NCBI RefSeq assembly: GCF_004010195.1
Contig: NC_057718.1
Span: forward strand, 69,262,748-69,326,747
Reading direction: 5' to 3'
DNA: 64,000 nt
Source of the DNA: Chiloscyllium plagiosum
Taxonomy: Eukaryota
Made by a program: the position numbers and the translations under genes
Shown: positions 53,030-63,630 of the stretch, one piece after another
How positions within the stretch are numbered: position 1 is the first letter of the stretch
Layout: each line of letters opens with the position of its first letter
Notes under the pieces: model-generated
The model's database searches: none
The model's input: the letters and a program-made list of their open reading frames with translations, nothing else
Told to the model about the DNA's origin: nothing

Positions 53030-53430
53030 TTGCTCACTCTTGGGATGTGGGCAATGCTGGCTGGACCAGCATTTTTATTGCCCCTTCCTAGTTACCCTTG
53101 AGAAGGTGATGGTGAGCTTCTTGAACCGCTGCAGTCCACATCTTGTAGGTAGACCCACAATGGGAGGGAATTCCAGAATGTTGTCCCAAGCAATTGTGGA
53201 GGAATGGCAATATATTCTCAATACCCTAACTTGGAAATATACCACCATTCTTTAACAGTCATTGGGTCAAAATCCTAGAATTCCCTCCCTACTGGCATTG
53301 TGGGTTAACCCAAAGCAAGTGAACTGCAGCGATTCAAGAACGCAGCTCACCACCACCTTCTCAAGGACAAATAGGAAAGGACAAATGCTGGCCAGCCAGC
53401 AACACCCAAGTTCCACAAATGAATTTTTTT
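53030..53430. mobile_element. Two L2/CR1-group 3' ends in inverted orientation
   Basis: 53030-53215 is a diverged reverse complement of 53225-53430. Confidence 0.6.
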
Positions 53431-53436
53431 TTAATT

Positions 53437-54225
53437 GGTTAGGCCACTGTTGGAATATTGCATGCAATTCTGGTCTCCTTCCTATCAGAAAGATGTTATG
53501 AAACTTGAAAGGGTTCAGAAAAGATTTACAAGGATGTTGCCAGGGTTGGAAGCTTTGAGCTATCAAGAGAGGCTGAACAGACTGGGGCTGTTTTCCCTGG
53601 AGCGTCGGAGGCTGAGGGGTGACCTTATAGAGGTTTACAAAATTATGAGGGCCATGGATAGGGTAAATAGAACAAAGTCTCTTCCCTGGGGTCGGGGAGT
53701 CCAGAACTAGAGGGCATAGGTTTAGGGTGAGAGGGGAAAGATACAAAAGAGACCTACGGGGCAATGTTTTCACACAGAGGGTGGTACATGTATGGAGTGA
53801 GTTGCCAGAGGAAGTGGTGTAGGCTGGTACAGTTGCAACATTTAAAAGGCATTTGGATGGGTATATGAATAGGAAGGGTTTGGAGGGATATGGGCCGGGT
53901 GCTGGCAGGTGGGACTAGATTGGGTTGGGATATCAGGTCAGCATGGACAGGTTGGACCGAAGGGTCTGTTTCCATGCTGTACACCTCTATGACTCTGGAA
54001 ATGTCTCAGATTTGGAATTTTGGCAACACATCAAAACGAGGCCAGTGCCACCGAATTGCATTAATTTAAAGTCATCAGATGATTATATGAATCAGAAAGG
54101 CTTAGAGGAATATGAGCCAAGTGCTGCAAATGAGACTAGATTAGGTTGAGATATCTGGTTGACATGGACGAGTTGGACTCAAGGGTCAGTTTTTGTGCTG
54201 TACATCGGTATGACTTTATGACTCT
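53437..54225 (+). mobile_element. CR1 (HER1-like) 3' fragments
   Basis: ORF 53435..53710 VRPLLEYCMQFWSP..GLFSLERRRLRGDL; (CTATGACT)n-like tails. Confidence 0.88.
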
Positions 54226-54234
54226 AAATTACCA

Positions 54235-54378
54235 GGAGAAAGTGAGGACTGCAGATGCTGGAGTTCAGAGTCAAGAGTGTGGTGCTGCAAAAGAATAGCA
54301 GGTCAGACAACATCCGAGGAGCAGGAGAATCGACATTTCTGGCATAAGCCCTTCATCAGGAATGAGGCTTGTGGGCCG
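54235..54378 (-). mobile_element. Penelope-like pLTR with hammerhead motif
   Basis: Minus strand CTGATGAAGGGCTTATGCCAGAAATGTC. Confidence 0.8.
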
Positions 54379-54379
54379 T

Positions 54380-55180
54380 TGTTTTAAAAAATTCTTAAGG
54401 TCAAGGACCAGGCTCGCAGGAAAGTAGTCTGACACAGAACAAACAGCCAAGAGGCGAGTCTGCTAGAATATAGTTTTATTCCCCGCAGTGTCCCCACAAC
54501 CAGTCTCGTACTTACAACGGGTCTGGCTTATACTCACTCTACATGTTACCAAAACTGGGAGCCGTCAGTTCTCGTAGAGCGGTTGCCAACAACCCACGCT
54601 CGGCGGTTAAACGTAACCCCGGAGCAGACTCTACCGAACTGGAGACTTCTCCAGCTGATTTACCCTTTTCCAGATATAAACATTCATGTGAACAGCAGAG
54701 CAAGGCTAAAAAACACATTCCATTCTGGTTACATACAGATAAGAAGATTCACACAGGAAGGTGTATAACAAGATTCACACGGGACTAAGCGACACCTTCC
54801 ATTTTCGGTTAGATTCACACATGTATTGGGACACAATTTTAACCCTTTCACCACACGGTGAGAGAGAGACTCATAGAAACCCGGGGCTGCGCGCTCAGGA
54901 ATCGACACGCGCTCCGTCTGTAACTAACCCCGACCCCCCGCCCAGGTTGACCCGCGGGGCGAGGGTTCGACTTACAGGGAGTGGGCTCCCCGACTGGGAG
55001 ATTAATAAGCCAATGCCAACAACATCCCTTAGCATGCCTGCTAGCTTTACTTTAAATTAGCTTCTGTTAAGTTACACCCGCTGAGCCCCTACCATGGGTG
55101 GGAGCGCGGCCGAAGACCTAGATTGGGTGCCAGAGGGTTCCCTTACCCGTCTCCAAGTCTCAGGTATTGAGAATGCCAGA
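54380..55180 (-). mobile_element. Young CpG-rich LTR-like element (unassigned family)
   Basis: Minus strand has TATAA (about 54528-54532), AATAAA (54475-54480) and a terminal ..AAAACA at 54380; three AGATTCACAC repeats (54745, 54771, 54811). The 5' boundary is uncertain and no TSD was found. Confidence 0.55.
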
Positions 55181-55299
55181 CTATAATTTTTTTTTGCTTT
55201 AAATTAGTTACTTGAGTCCAATAGTTGGAAACTAAAGGTTAGCTAATGACCATTTCTATCTGGCTGGATACAAGAAGACTCATATGATTCATGCTGCCA

Positions 55300-55906
55300 T
55301 GGAGATTGACCTTGACAGAGGAGGGGTCTACAAAAAGCCATTTGTAGGGCTGGGTTATTGGCTTTCCAAAAGATATCCCAGAAGTTCACAAGTTAATCTG
55401 ACAGAATCGAAGAGGAAGCCAAATAGCAAAGTTAACAAGAACAAATTTCTATGTTTACCTTGCGGGAATGCAGATGGAACCTCATGCTCAAATTGGAAAG
55501 GCCAAATTTTTAAGGATTTGAAATGAGGCTGCAAGATTTGCTTAACTTGAGCTGGGGAGATAATGTCCAGGAAGCTGCTGGAAAGGAAGACTATTGGCAA
55601 AAATATGACAGAACAATTAGAATTTGAGCATGAATTCCACATTGATTAGACCCAAATACTCCATACAATGAAGGTGATGAAGGGTGATTTAATTGGATTG
55701 TTTAAGATAACTAAAAGAGTTGAAAGGGCAGACAGAGAAAAATGATTTCCTCTGGCAGGAGAATCAAGAGCAAGACTGTGTAAAATTAAAGCCAGACAAC
55801 ATAAGGATAATGTCAGGAATCATTTCTTCACACAAAGAGTAGAAGAAACCCTAACCTTCCACTTTGTAAAAAGCCTTGGACCCTGCAGGTCAATTCAAAA
55901 TGTTTA
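55300..55906 (+). mobile_element. Old CR1 3' fragment abutting the ERV-like integrase
   Basis: Decayed GDLI..FK../FFTQRV motifs. Confidence 0.6.
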
Positions 55907-56530
55907 GACTCAGACCAGGGCACGCACTTCACCGGACGCGCAATGAAACTGGCCTGCCGCCTCCTAGGCATCAGACAGCACTTCCACGTCCCGTTCCATC
56001 CCCAGAGCTCCGCGATGGTCGAACGCATGAACCGGACCCTCAAAGCGGCGATCGTGAGGGCGATCGTCGAAACAGGGCAGGGCTCGGTGGACGTTCTGCC
56101 CTGCATACTGAGGCGCTTAAGGGCCACCCCAGGCCGCTCCACTGGCATCACTCCCTTCGAGCTCATGACGGGGAGGGCCATGTGACTACCAGAGAACGTC
56201 ATGGTCGGGGGGGGAGACATGGCCCCCCTGAGGGACAGGGTGACGCGCTATATCAGGCAGCTGGACACGCAGCTGCGGGCCCTTAGACAAATCGCGTGCG
56301 ACCAGCAGGACATTAGGGACCAGGCAAAACTGCAGCCGCATCTGCCCGCCCAACCCCTTCCCGGCGTTGGGGACAAAGTCCTGGTCAGGGCCAACCCCGA
56401 CCGGCCCAGCTTCACCCCCTGGTGGCTGGGACCACACGAAATCATCCTCACCAGCGACACGTGCGCCTGTGTCGACATGAAGGGAAAGGGCAGGTGGAAA
56501 CACTGGTCCCAGCTTAAAACCTACCCTTAA
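55907..56530 (+). pseudogene. pol: Retroviral-type integrase (core + C-terminal GPY/F-like region), one in-frame TGA
   Basis: DSDQGTHFTG..HPQSSAMVERMNRTLK (D-x35-E counted); TGITPFELMTGR; GDKVLV..PWWLGPHEI. The TGA at 56183-56185 is consistent with CGA>TGA decay. Confidence 0.92.
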
Positions 56531-56575
56531 GCCCCGACCGGACAGACTCTCCTCACCTCCCCCCTTTTGACTTGA

Positions 56576-56696
56576 CTCTAACCGCCCCTCTTTCTCCTTA
56601 CAGTGCAGCGGGTGGAGCGGTTCCAGGGAGACCTGCTCCTACACACACTAACCCTACACCCTTGGTAAGGGTGCCTCTCTCCCTCTCTTCCCACAG
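56576..56696 (+). promoter_or_regulatory. Two splice acceptors with branch points and an intervening donor upstream of env
   Basis: CTAAC..CCCCTCTTTCTCCTTACAG (AG ends 56603); TTG|GTAAGG (56664/56665); ACTAAC 56647-56652 ..CTCTCTCCCTCTCTTCCCACAG (ends 56696); ATG at 56700. Confidence 0.7.
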
Positions 56697-56699
56697 ATC

Positions 56700-58478
56700 A
56701 TGCTTCACCGGTGCACCGCTCTCCTCCTCTTCGCCCTACGACTAGTGCCTTCCTTCCCCGTATTCTGTATTCCTGCAAGGGACAAACCCGATGTGATCGA
56801 CGCGTTCTACAATGCCTGGCTGGAAGTTCTCCCGGGCGTACAGACACTCTGTTTATTCTGCACGTCNNNNNNNNNNNNNNNNNNNNNNNNNNNNNNNNNN
56901 NNNNNNNNNNNNNNNNNNNNNNNNNNNNNNNNNNNNNNNNNNNNNNNNNNNNNNNNNNNNNNNNNNNNNNNNNNNNNNNNNNNNNNNNNNNNNNNNNNNN
57001 NNNNNNNNNNNNNNNNNNNNNNNNNNNNNNNNNNNNNNNNNNNNNNNNNNNNNNNNNNNNNNNNNNNNNNNNNNNNNNNNNNNNNNNNNNNNNNNNNNNN
57101 NNNNNNNNNNNNNNNNNNNNNNNNNNNNNNNNNNNNNNNNNNNNNNNNNNNNNNNNNNNNNNNNNNNNNNNNNNNNNNNNNNNNNNNNNNNNNNNNNNNN
57201 NNNNNNNNNNNNNNNNNNNNNNNNNNNNNNNNNNNNNNNNNNNNNNNNNNNNNNNNNNNNNNNNNNNNNNNNNNNNNNNNNNNNNNNNNNNNNNAGAGGG
57301 AGCATACATCCAGCTCGACGGCATTGCAGTCCTGGAAACACACGCCCACACCATTAACCGCCTTATAGACCGGGCCATGCGTATGGCCTGTGGATGGTAG
57401 CCCAGATCCGGCATAATCTTGACCAGATCCAAAGGGGGGAGGTGCCCGATTGGATCGACAGTGCCAAACTGGCCTCACTCGCGGGGCGCTCCGGGCCGCT
57501 CGACAGCCGGACTCTGAAGGGTATGACCAGAGTATACCCAGTGATGCCTGACTTTGAGGTCAGTGAGGCGACAGGAGTCGGGATTGTCCTCCTGATCCCC
57601 GTGGTCACCCCAGAGTCGGGACCATTTCCCCTGTTTCACATTGAGAACATAGGAGTCATACGCTTCCATCAAATATCGATTAGCTCACCACACAGCCATT
57701 TCTCGAAACGGCGCTGTGTACGGGGTGCCGCTTACAGGCTGCAAGCAGCAGGGGGCAATTACCATCTGCCCTCACCCCTTACGAAGGAGTGAAACAGCAG
57801 ACTGCAGGTTCAACCAGACACAGGGCTGCATCCTTAAAATCGAACCCACGGGCTCCCACTTCACTAGGGCGGGGTATGGTGGGGGGGACGATATTGTGTC
57901 TCCACTCTTGAAACCTCATTTTGGTATAATGGATTGCAGTGCCTTATTCCCCAGCACGAGTTCTGCTTCACCCCCAGGCGCCCAGTCACGGTTGGGCAAG
58001 CTCACATCTCAGAGGTCCGACGACGGAACCCTGAGTCCACACAAACTACTGATAAATTCAGGGACACCCTCAGGGAATATCAGGAGTCCGAACAAGCCCC
58101 CATCCCACATTTGGCTGAGGTCTTATGGGAGCTTAGGACCCGGATAGGACACTCAGTGAAATTGTATCACCAGTTGCAGTCGCATGTAAAGGACCTAGAG
58201 AAGGGCACAGACACAGCTCTGCAGTCCCTGGGGTGGGCACAGAGGGTGTGGGATTGGGGCCTGAACGTAAACATCCATCCATGGATCCGAATCATCTCGC
58301 ACACCATTGTAGGCATACAGTTACTGCTGGCTCTGGCCTGGCTCTGGCCTGGCTCCTGCTGGCGTGTCATTCATGCCGCCAGCACAAGAAACGAAAGGCC
58401 AGGAAGACCATGCTCCACGCCATTGACTCCTGGCGGGCGATCAGGCACTGTGAGCCCACAGGGCTCGAGTTAATGTGA
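56700..58478 (+). pseudogene. env: Env-like class I fusion glycoprotein (paramyxo/pneumovirus F-like), frameshifted, partly in gap
   Basis: Signal peptide MLHRCTALLLFALRLVPS; Cx8Cx11Cx7C at 57740-57829; heptad LYHQLQSHVKDLEKG; Trp-rich membrane-proximal region; TM IISHTIVGIQLLLALAWLLLAC after removing an 11-bp duplication (58328-58349); basic tail HKKRKARK. Confidence 0.8.
56867..57294. other. Assembly gap (N) inside env
   Basis: Run of N. Confidence 1.
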
Positions 58479-58613
58479 CCTTCTCCCGGGACTATCCAAA
58501 GGCCCCATGACTGCAGCATGACGGCCGGCGAAATGTACCGGGCGAGGAGCTGACTTTTAAAATATCGGCATCGGGGGTGTGGACGTGTCCAACCCCTTGC
58601 CGAAAGGGGGGAC

Positions 58614-59015
58614 TGCAAGCGGGCATCAGAGCCGCCCTGCTTTTGCCATGGGACTATGCCTACATCAGGAAACTATAAGAATTCATTTTGTGTTTTAAAC
58701 AGCAGTCGCAGCTTTAAACCCATAGAACTCAGCAGCTGCCGGTCCGGCCACGTGACCGGGAGATAGGAGACAGAGGACAGATCAAATCCACACTAGACCA
58801 ACACTATCCATGACTCATAGACCAAAACTCCGGAATTAATTAATATGGAAACCCATCTCCTAATCACATCAAGAGACTAACTGAAACACACCCATGGAGA
58901 GCAGTCGAGATTCGGACCTCGGTTGGTCTCCGCCGGCGTTACTGTAGCAATAAACGTTACCGATTGTTGAACCGCACTCTGGGCTCGGACTGATATCATT
59001 TCATCCGCGCTAACA
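58614..59015 (+). repeat. 3' LTR (402 bp) preceded by polypurine tract
   Basis: PPT GAAAGGGGGGA at 58602-58612; starts TGCAAGCG and ends CGCTAACA (imperfect terminal inverted repeat); AATAAA at 58949-58954. Confidence 0.8.
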
Positions 59016-59165
59016 GTAGCATGGAGGGGAACTTGCAGGTTGTGATGCCTTCCTGGATGGAAGAGGTCATGAGTTTGGAAATTACTGTCTAAGGATCTTT
59101 GGTGAATTTCTGCAGAGTATTTATAGATAGTACATACTGCTATTATTGAGCATTAGTGATGGAGG

Positions 59166-59844
59166 CGTTGTGGGGAAAATCATCAGTCTCGGAGTCAGAA
59201 TCGGGATTCAACGACAGAGTTTATTGTACAAAGACACCGGAGCTCTGGGGAGAGAGAGAGAGAGACGTTCAGCAGCACAGCTGTCAGCTGTGAGCCTTCT
59301 CTCACCCTTGGAGCACATGCCACAATATTTTATACATTTTATAGTATAATGGTCCAAATATCGAGTTTTTGTTTGTACAGCATTGTTTGTTTACAGAAAA
59401 CATTACAGAGTCATTATCAGTTTCAGAGAAATGTTACAAAGTCATTGTCAGTTTCAGCAGCTATATGCAAGTCCTTTGCTGCAGTAATTGGTCCTGAGAA
59501 GGAAGATCATTTTCCATTACTGCAAATCTAAGGTATTAACACTTGCAGGTATTAACACAGCAGTCTCAGATAGTTAACATTTCTGTTGAAGGTAGTGGCT
59601 GGACACTTTGGGGGGCAGTAGACGTTACTGACGTGTATTCTCTCCCCCACTCACCTTAAACTAATTATCTATGTTCTGTGTCTATTTTGCCGGTATCCTG
59701 TTGGCCTCAGATAGTATGCTTCACTGTACTTTTCAGCTAATGGCTCAGCTGCCATCTAGTGTGCTCAGTGACAATTTAGGGCTCAGTGGCCATCTTGTGT
59801 CTCTGTGCCCTGTGTCAGCATGCCACGTGTCAACACTTACTTCA
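59166..59844 (-). mobile_element. Solo LTR (679 bp) in an L2/CR1-group fragment
   Basis: TSD GAGG (59162-59165/59845-59848); minus strand starts TGAAG and ends CCCCACAACG; TATAAA at about 59330 and AATAAA at about 59222 on minus; host repeat rejoins across it. Confidence 0.75.
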
Positions 59845-60534
59845 GAGGGCATGGATGTTTGTGGATATGATGCCAATCAAGTGGGCTGCTTTGGTCTGGA
59901 TGATATCAAGCTTCTTGAGTGTTATTAGAACTGTACTCATCCATGCAAAGTGGGGAGCATTCTATCACACTCCTGACTTTGGGAAATCAGGAGGTGAGTT
60001 ACTCACTGCAGTATTCCTAGCCTGTGACCTGCTGTTGTAGTGATTGCATTATATGGCAAGTTTCTGCTCAATGCTAACCTCCATTGGCTTTTAGTTTAGT
60101 TTATATTTTAGGAGTTATATGTTGATGTCAGAATGCAGTGTGTGCCTGTATCAGTTTGGAATATGTATGGTTGAGTTGATGTCCCCTTTTAAGGAATGAT
60201 CAGAGGGTGTGTAAAATAAATCCTACTGTTAATTTGGAATTAGTTTCTTAAGGATTTGGTGAAAATTTACCTAATGGAATTGGTTGTAATTTTGTGAAAC
60301 CAGTTGAAGGAAAGAAAGAATTTAAGTTAAAGGCTTAACTTATTTCCTCTCTCTTTAATATGCGATACTATCTATGTTGTATTTTGTTTGAGGAAAGAGT
60401 CCTGGGTAAATGGTGAGTTTCAAAACCTTTATAATTGCATTATTGTGTTTGGAATTTCAGGTTCTAGCCAGAAAGAACTTCCAAATATCATTGTAATATG
60501 AGTGAATCTTTAGTTCTGGATATTAAGATTAAGA

Positions 60535-60640
60535 TATGGAGGATAGTGGGTTAGTATAGGTTAGGTGGGCTTGGATCGGCGCAACATCGAGGGCCAAAGG
60601 GCCTGTACTGCGCTGTATTCTTCTATGTTCTATGTTCTAT
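60535..60640 (+). mobile_element. Young CR1 3' UTR fragment
   Basis: Near-identical to 16814-16918. Confidence 0.85.
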
Positions 60641-61867
60641 TTGCTCATCTTAAATGTTTGTTGATGTGACTTGGTGCTTTAAAACTGGAGATAATTTTGG
60701 AACAGAATTACCCAACAGCAAAAATCGAAACATGCCAGACAGAAATCTGTGAACAGACAGCAACTGGAGGTGTTATTTTGCAAGGTAAGGCAGGTAACCT
60801 TGACACTGTAGCTGACAACGTTTTCCTAACTGTTCCATCCCCGTGTATTGAGACAAGGTCAATGAGTAATGTCACCCACGAGCCAGTAGGGGCAGACAAG
60901 TCACAAGTCCTAACAAGGGTTAGGACAAGTCTCTTTACCAAAGCCTTTTGTGAAAATTGGATTGTATCACTGAGTTTCCATGGCAGTTTTTGAACTAAAT
61001 ACATGAAAGGCTGACACTACATCACCTGGTGACTTGGGCCCTGCACCTTCTGAGACCAGCAGAGTTAACTCTTCGTGTTGGCAGTTTTAAATCTTCTTGC
61101 ATAACTTCTGTGGGGTGAAATATAATGTTTGAAACTTATTAACCCATTAGGCTTCTTCAAAAGCCACAGTGGATTTTACCTTTTTGTTTTTTTTTTGAAC
61201 AGCTTTTCATGAGTACAGCTAGGGAGCTGGAAGTCTTGCAAGATAAAACCTTTGAAAACAGGAAACCCCTAAACTGAATACAATCACCTAATATTAGAGT
61301 GTTTAAAACCACTAAGCCTGGGTGTAATTGTTAGTGAATTTGGGATGAATTAAAATTACTTGATGCAAGTTGCTAGTTCAAGCTCACAATGGGAAATTCA
61401 ATTAAAGGGAAAATACAATTAAAAATGTAAGTTTTAATTTAAAACAAGTGGAAACGTTCTAAGTGGTTTTAGTTTTTATCAGAATAAAATGGACTAGCTT
61501 AGGAAGAAATTAGTAGATTACTAATTGAACCTGTTAGCCGTACAACACTGAGGCTGTACACAAAATAAACCCTTGAGTCTATTGCTGTCAACTTGAATTT
61601 AGAATAATTTTGAAAGATGGAAAGTTGAGTATAAGGAGTTATGTTTGAAAATATAGTAACACCAAACAAATGAAAATTGGTAATGCTTGAAACCACACAG
61701 CAGTAATGTTTATCTCTTTTAAAGCTATTGTGGAAACATGCTTTTTATTTACTTTTCTCCAGAGTCCCTAAATGGTAATTAATAGCCGTCATACTTTGGA
61801 ATAAACAAAAACTGACAGTAAAGAAGTGACACAGAATCAAATGGAAATGAGAATATCGCCTTTTAGA

Positions 61868-62330
61868 ACCATAGAGTATTACAGCACAGAGACAGGCTCT
61901 TTGACCCAAACTGATCCATGACGATCAAAATGTCCATCCACACTAACCCCATTTCCCTGCACTTGGCCTATATCCTTCTAAGCCTTTCCTACCCATGTAT
62001 TTGTCCAAGTGCCTTTCAAATGTTGTTAATGTACCTACCTCAACCATTTCTGGCCACTCATTCCATTTGCATACTACTCTGTGTTTTTTAAAAAAAGATT
62101 AATTCTCAGGTTCCCTTTTATTCTTTCCCTGCTAACCTTAAACTGATGCCCTCTAGTCCTCAATTCCTCAACCCTGGGGTAAAAAAAACTGAGCGCATTC
62201 ATCCTATCCAAGGTTCTCATGATCTATAAGATACCCCTCAATCTCCTATGCTTTAAAGAAAAGGTCCTAGTTTGGCCAACCTCTCCCTGTAAATCAGACT
62301 GTTGAGTACTGGCAACATCCCTTGTTATAG
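61868..62330 (-). mobile_element. CR1 3' fragment
   Basis: Similar to 3288-3750. Confidence 0.75.
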
Positions 62331-62879
62331 TTACGTGGAATATATCCAATGAAATCAAAGTGTAGATAGAAATATATAGTAAATAGCTTTCTTTTGGAGA
62401 TATGTACTTTTGCCTGTGAGGTCATTTTTGAAAAAGGGAACTAAATTGGCTGATTTGGCCAGCACCAGGAACATTGGAATCAGGTGAGGAGGATGCACAG
62501 GCACCTTCTGTCGACTTCTGATCATTGGAAAGATTGGCTGAAAGTTAAAAATGTGTGACATAGCCTTGGGATACTAATGTAAGTGTGTAAAAGTGATTGC
62601 AACATTAAGTAATAAGTATGAGAGAATATGTTGCCATTTCTTTGCCATCAGTACCCAGCAGGAAGACAAAGCAGTGAGACTCATTAGTTTGCATAAAATA
62701 TACATAAAGTAGTTTACATTGATAGATTTGCTGATTAGTTTGTATAGATATTAAGTGCATTAAGCTAACAGATTTGGAAGAGCACATGTCTTATATTTGT
62801 TTTGATCAGACTTTAAAAAATCTATTAGGTACTTTCAGCCTAACAATTTAGTGGAACTCATTCCTGTTGATAAATTCTG

Positions 62880-63160
62880 GAGCACTGCGATATGGTCCTC
62901 CAAGTTGGTCTTCCTGCATCTGGGCAAGCTAGCTATGTCACTGTATCGACTGCAAGAGCTGCAACACTGATCTCCTTACAGGGAAACAAAATGAAACGAT
63001 GAGGCAGATGGTATTGGTTGCAGTCATGATGCATTTGTGGGTGCACAACAGAGAGATCTCAGGCAGGTCACCCTTTGTTTTCAGGAAGGAGCCAGTAGCA
63101 TAGACATTCAAAATGGCTATTAATTTCACTTCCGCCAAAAGAGGATGACCCTCCTCCACT
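62880..63160 (-). pseudogene. PIF/Harbinger transposase remnant
   Basis: ORF 62938..63159 VKLIAILNVYATGSFLKTKGDLPEIS..THKCI resembles the HARBI1-family 'AL.FYATGSFQ..GD...ISQ....RC' motif. Confidence 0.65.
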
Positions 63161-63169
63161 TAAAATGAT

Positions 63170-63630
63170 AGGACAAAGGAACAGGAGTAGGTCATTCAGC
63201 TCCCCCAGACTGTTATCCTATTCATTAGGCTTATTGCTAATCCGTAATTCCTCTCGTCCATATTTCTGCCCTTTCTCTGTAACTTTTATTTCCCCTACAG
63301 ATGGATAATCAGCTCTCTATGGTGTGGAATTCCAAAGACACTTGACCCTTGAAATTCTGTCTCATCTCGGTCTTAAATTTGCATCCAGTCATTTTGAGAT
63401 TATGGTCCTAGACTCTCCCATAAGAGGAAACATCAGCATTTCCCCTGTCAAGCCCCTTAAGAATTTGATGTGTTTCAATGAAATCACCTAATTTTTCTAA
63501 ACTCCAGCAAGTAGAGTCCCAAGCCATTTAGCCTTTGGTCATAAGACCATATCTCCTTTACTGACAAACATCCAAGTGAACCTTCTCTTAACTACTTCAT
63601 ATAAAATGGCATCTTTCCTTGAATAAGAGG
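63170..63630 (-). mobile_element. Old CR1 3' fragment
   Basis: Similar to 625-1250. Confidence 0.65.

Larger units (their letters stand above)
55907..59015 (+). mobile_element. 5'-truncated endogenous retrovirus-like LTR element (integrase-env-3'LTR), lokiretrovirus-like candidate
   Basis: Integrase, splice acceptors, env-like ORF with signal peptide and TM, PPT and TG..CA LTR in retroviral order; high GC/CpG against an AT-rich background. Confidence 0.88.

Noticed and set aside
54380..55180. 5' LTR of the 55907-59015 element
   Set aside because: Opposite orientation and no visible similarity to the 58614-59015 LTR.
55876..56286. 136-aa alternative-frame ORF overlapping integrase as an accessory gene
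   Set aside because: Starts in flanking CR1 DNA and is expected by chance in GC-rich coding sequence.
60697..61004. Overlapping 98-aa ORFs on both strands in non-repeat-looking DNA
   Set aside because: No motif or splice support; could be conserved non-coding DNA but this cannot be judged without alignments.
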